Shown in pieces: positions 63,333 through 64,000 of a stretch of DNA of 64,000 nt; within the stretch, counting starts at the first letter, position 1; every line of letters starts with the position of its first letter. Made by a program: the position numbers and the translations under genes. Under the pieces are notes generated by a model. It ran no database searches. It was not told where the DNA came from and was given only the letters and a program-made list of their open reading frames with translations. Source of the stretch: the human T2T-CHM13v2.0 reference genome, Homo sapiens. The stretch is taken from assembly GCF_009914755.1 (NCBI RefSeq), contig NC_060926.1, one strand, 5' to 3'.

Positions 63333-64000
63333 GTGGGTGTATTTTCCTGGCGTGCCTCGTTCTTTGTAACAGCTGCCTAACATTGAGGAAGAAGCTGTCC
63401 TGCAGCGAGGCCAGGAGGAGTGTTTGCTGAGAGGCACAGGAGGCCGCTCGGTGTGCAGGTGCTGCAAGGCAGGAACACGTAAGGGCGGCGTTGGGCCAGA
63501 GCGATTTCCACTGTGCATCAGCAGCACAGAGATTAGACTGTTCCTCTGCTTGCTGGAGAGCCATGTGTGTTCTTTGTAGTTTTTTACTTTTCATAAGTTT
63601 GTAGAAAACATTTGCCTTTGTGAATTTTGCCATTTGAATGAATTTCTTCCTCTGGAAGCATCAGTTCCAGGTCGGAGCTCTAAGAGGACTTGCTGGCACT
63701 GCCGGAGATGTCCAGGATACCCGTAGTGGGAAGTGCCTGCAGAGCCTGTGGTCTGGCCTGTATTTCTCTGGGAGGAGTCAGTGGGGTCTGTGTATTAGGA
63801 GCCAGGGGCTACTCTGATGTGAACCTCGGCCAGCTCCCTGCGTGTCCTTGGCGTACATGCCAGGGTAAGAGGAACATGCTGCTCGTCGTTGGTCCTGTGG
63901 GTGTCTTCTGTGTTGCTCATCCCCACTCACAGCCAGGCGCAGTCGGAGAGCAGTCACAGATGGCAGCATTCCAGCCTGCTTCCGCAAAGGCAGTACTCCC

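Overview
Human-type (primate) genomic DNA lying entirely inside the + strand gene DGKD (diacylglycerol kinase delta). It holds eight internal coding exons (numbered 2-9 assuming one upstream first exon outside the window). Spliced at GT-AG sites, they give one continuous frame encoding the PH domain, two C1 zinc fingers and the start of the catalytic domain. The DGK-delta1 N-terminus (MNMFLYFQ) is encoded by a 5' extension of exon 2. The rest is intron, including a 44.4-kb intron 3, rich in Alu, L1, L2, MIR, MaLR LTR and hAT elements, plus a Y1 RNA retrocopy and a G-rich 45-bp minisatellite. The most interesting candidate is an alternative promoter and micro-exon unit at about 9.7-10.3 kb: a TATA/MEF2-like box, paired E-boxes and a 34-nt exon with a strong-Kozak ATG. 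It would splice in frame to exon 2 and give a third N-terminus, MEVIAFPTK. Other notable observations: a potential stop-free exon 2-3 circle, a minisatellite born from L2 with higher-order structure, an AluY with a triplicated left arm, a twin-primed L1 and a snap-back repair scar. There is no evidence of a prokaryote-type system such as CRISPR. Repeat subfamily names come from recalled consensus sequences and repeat boundaries are approximate.
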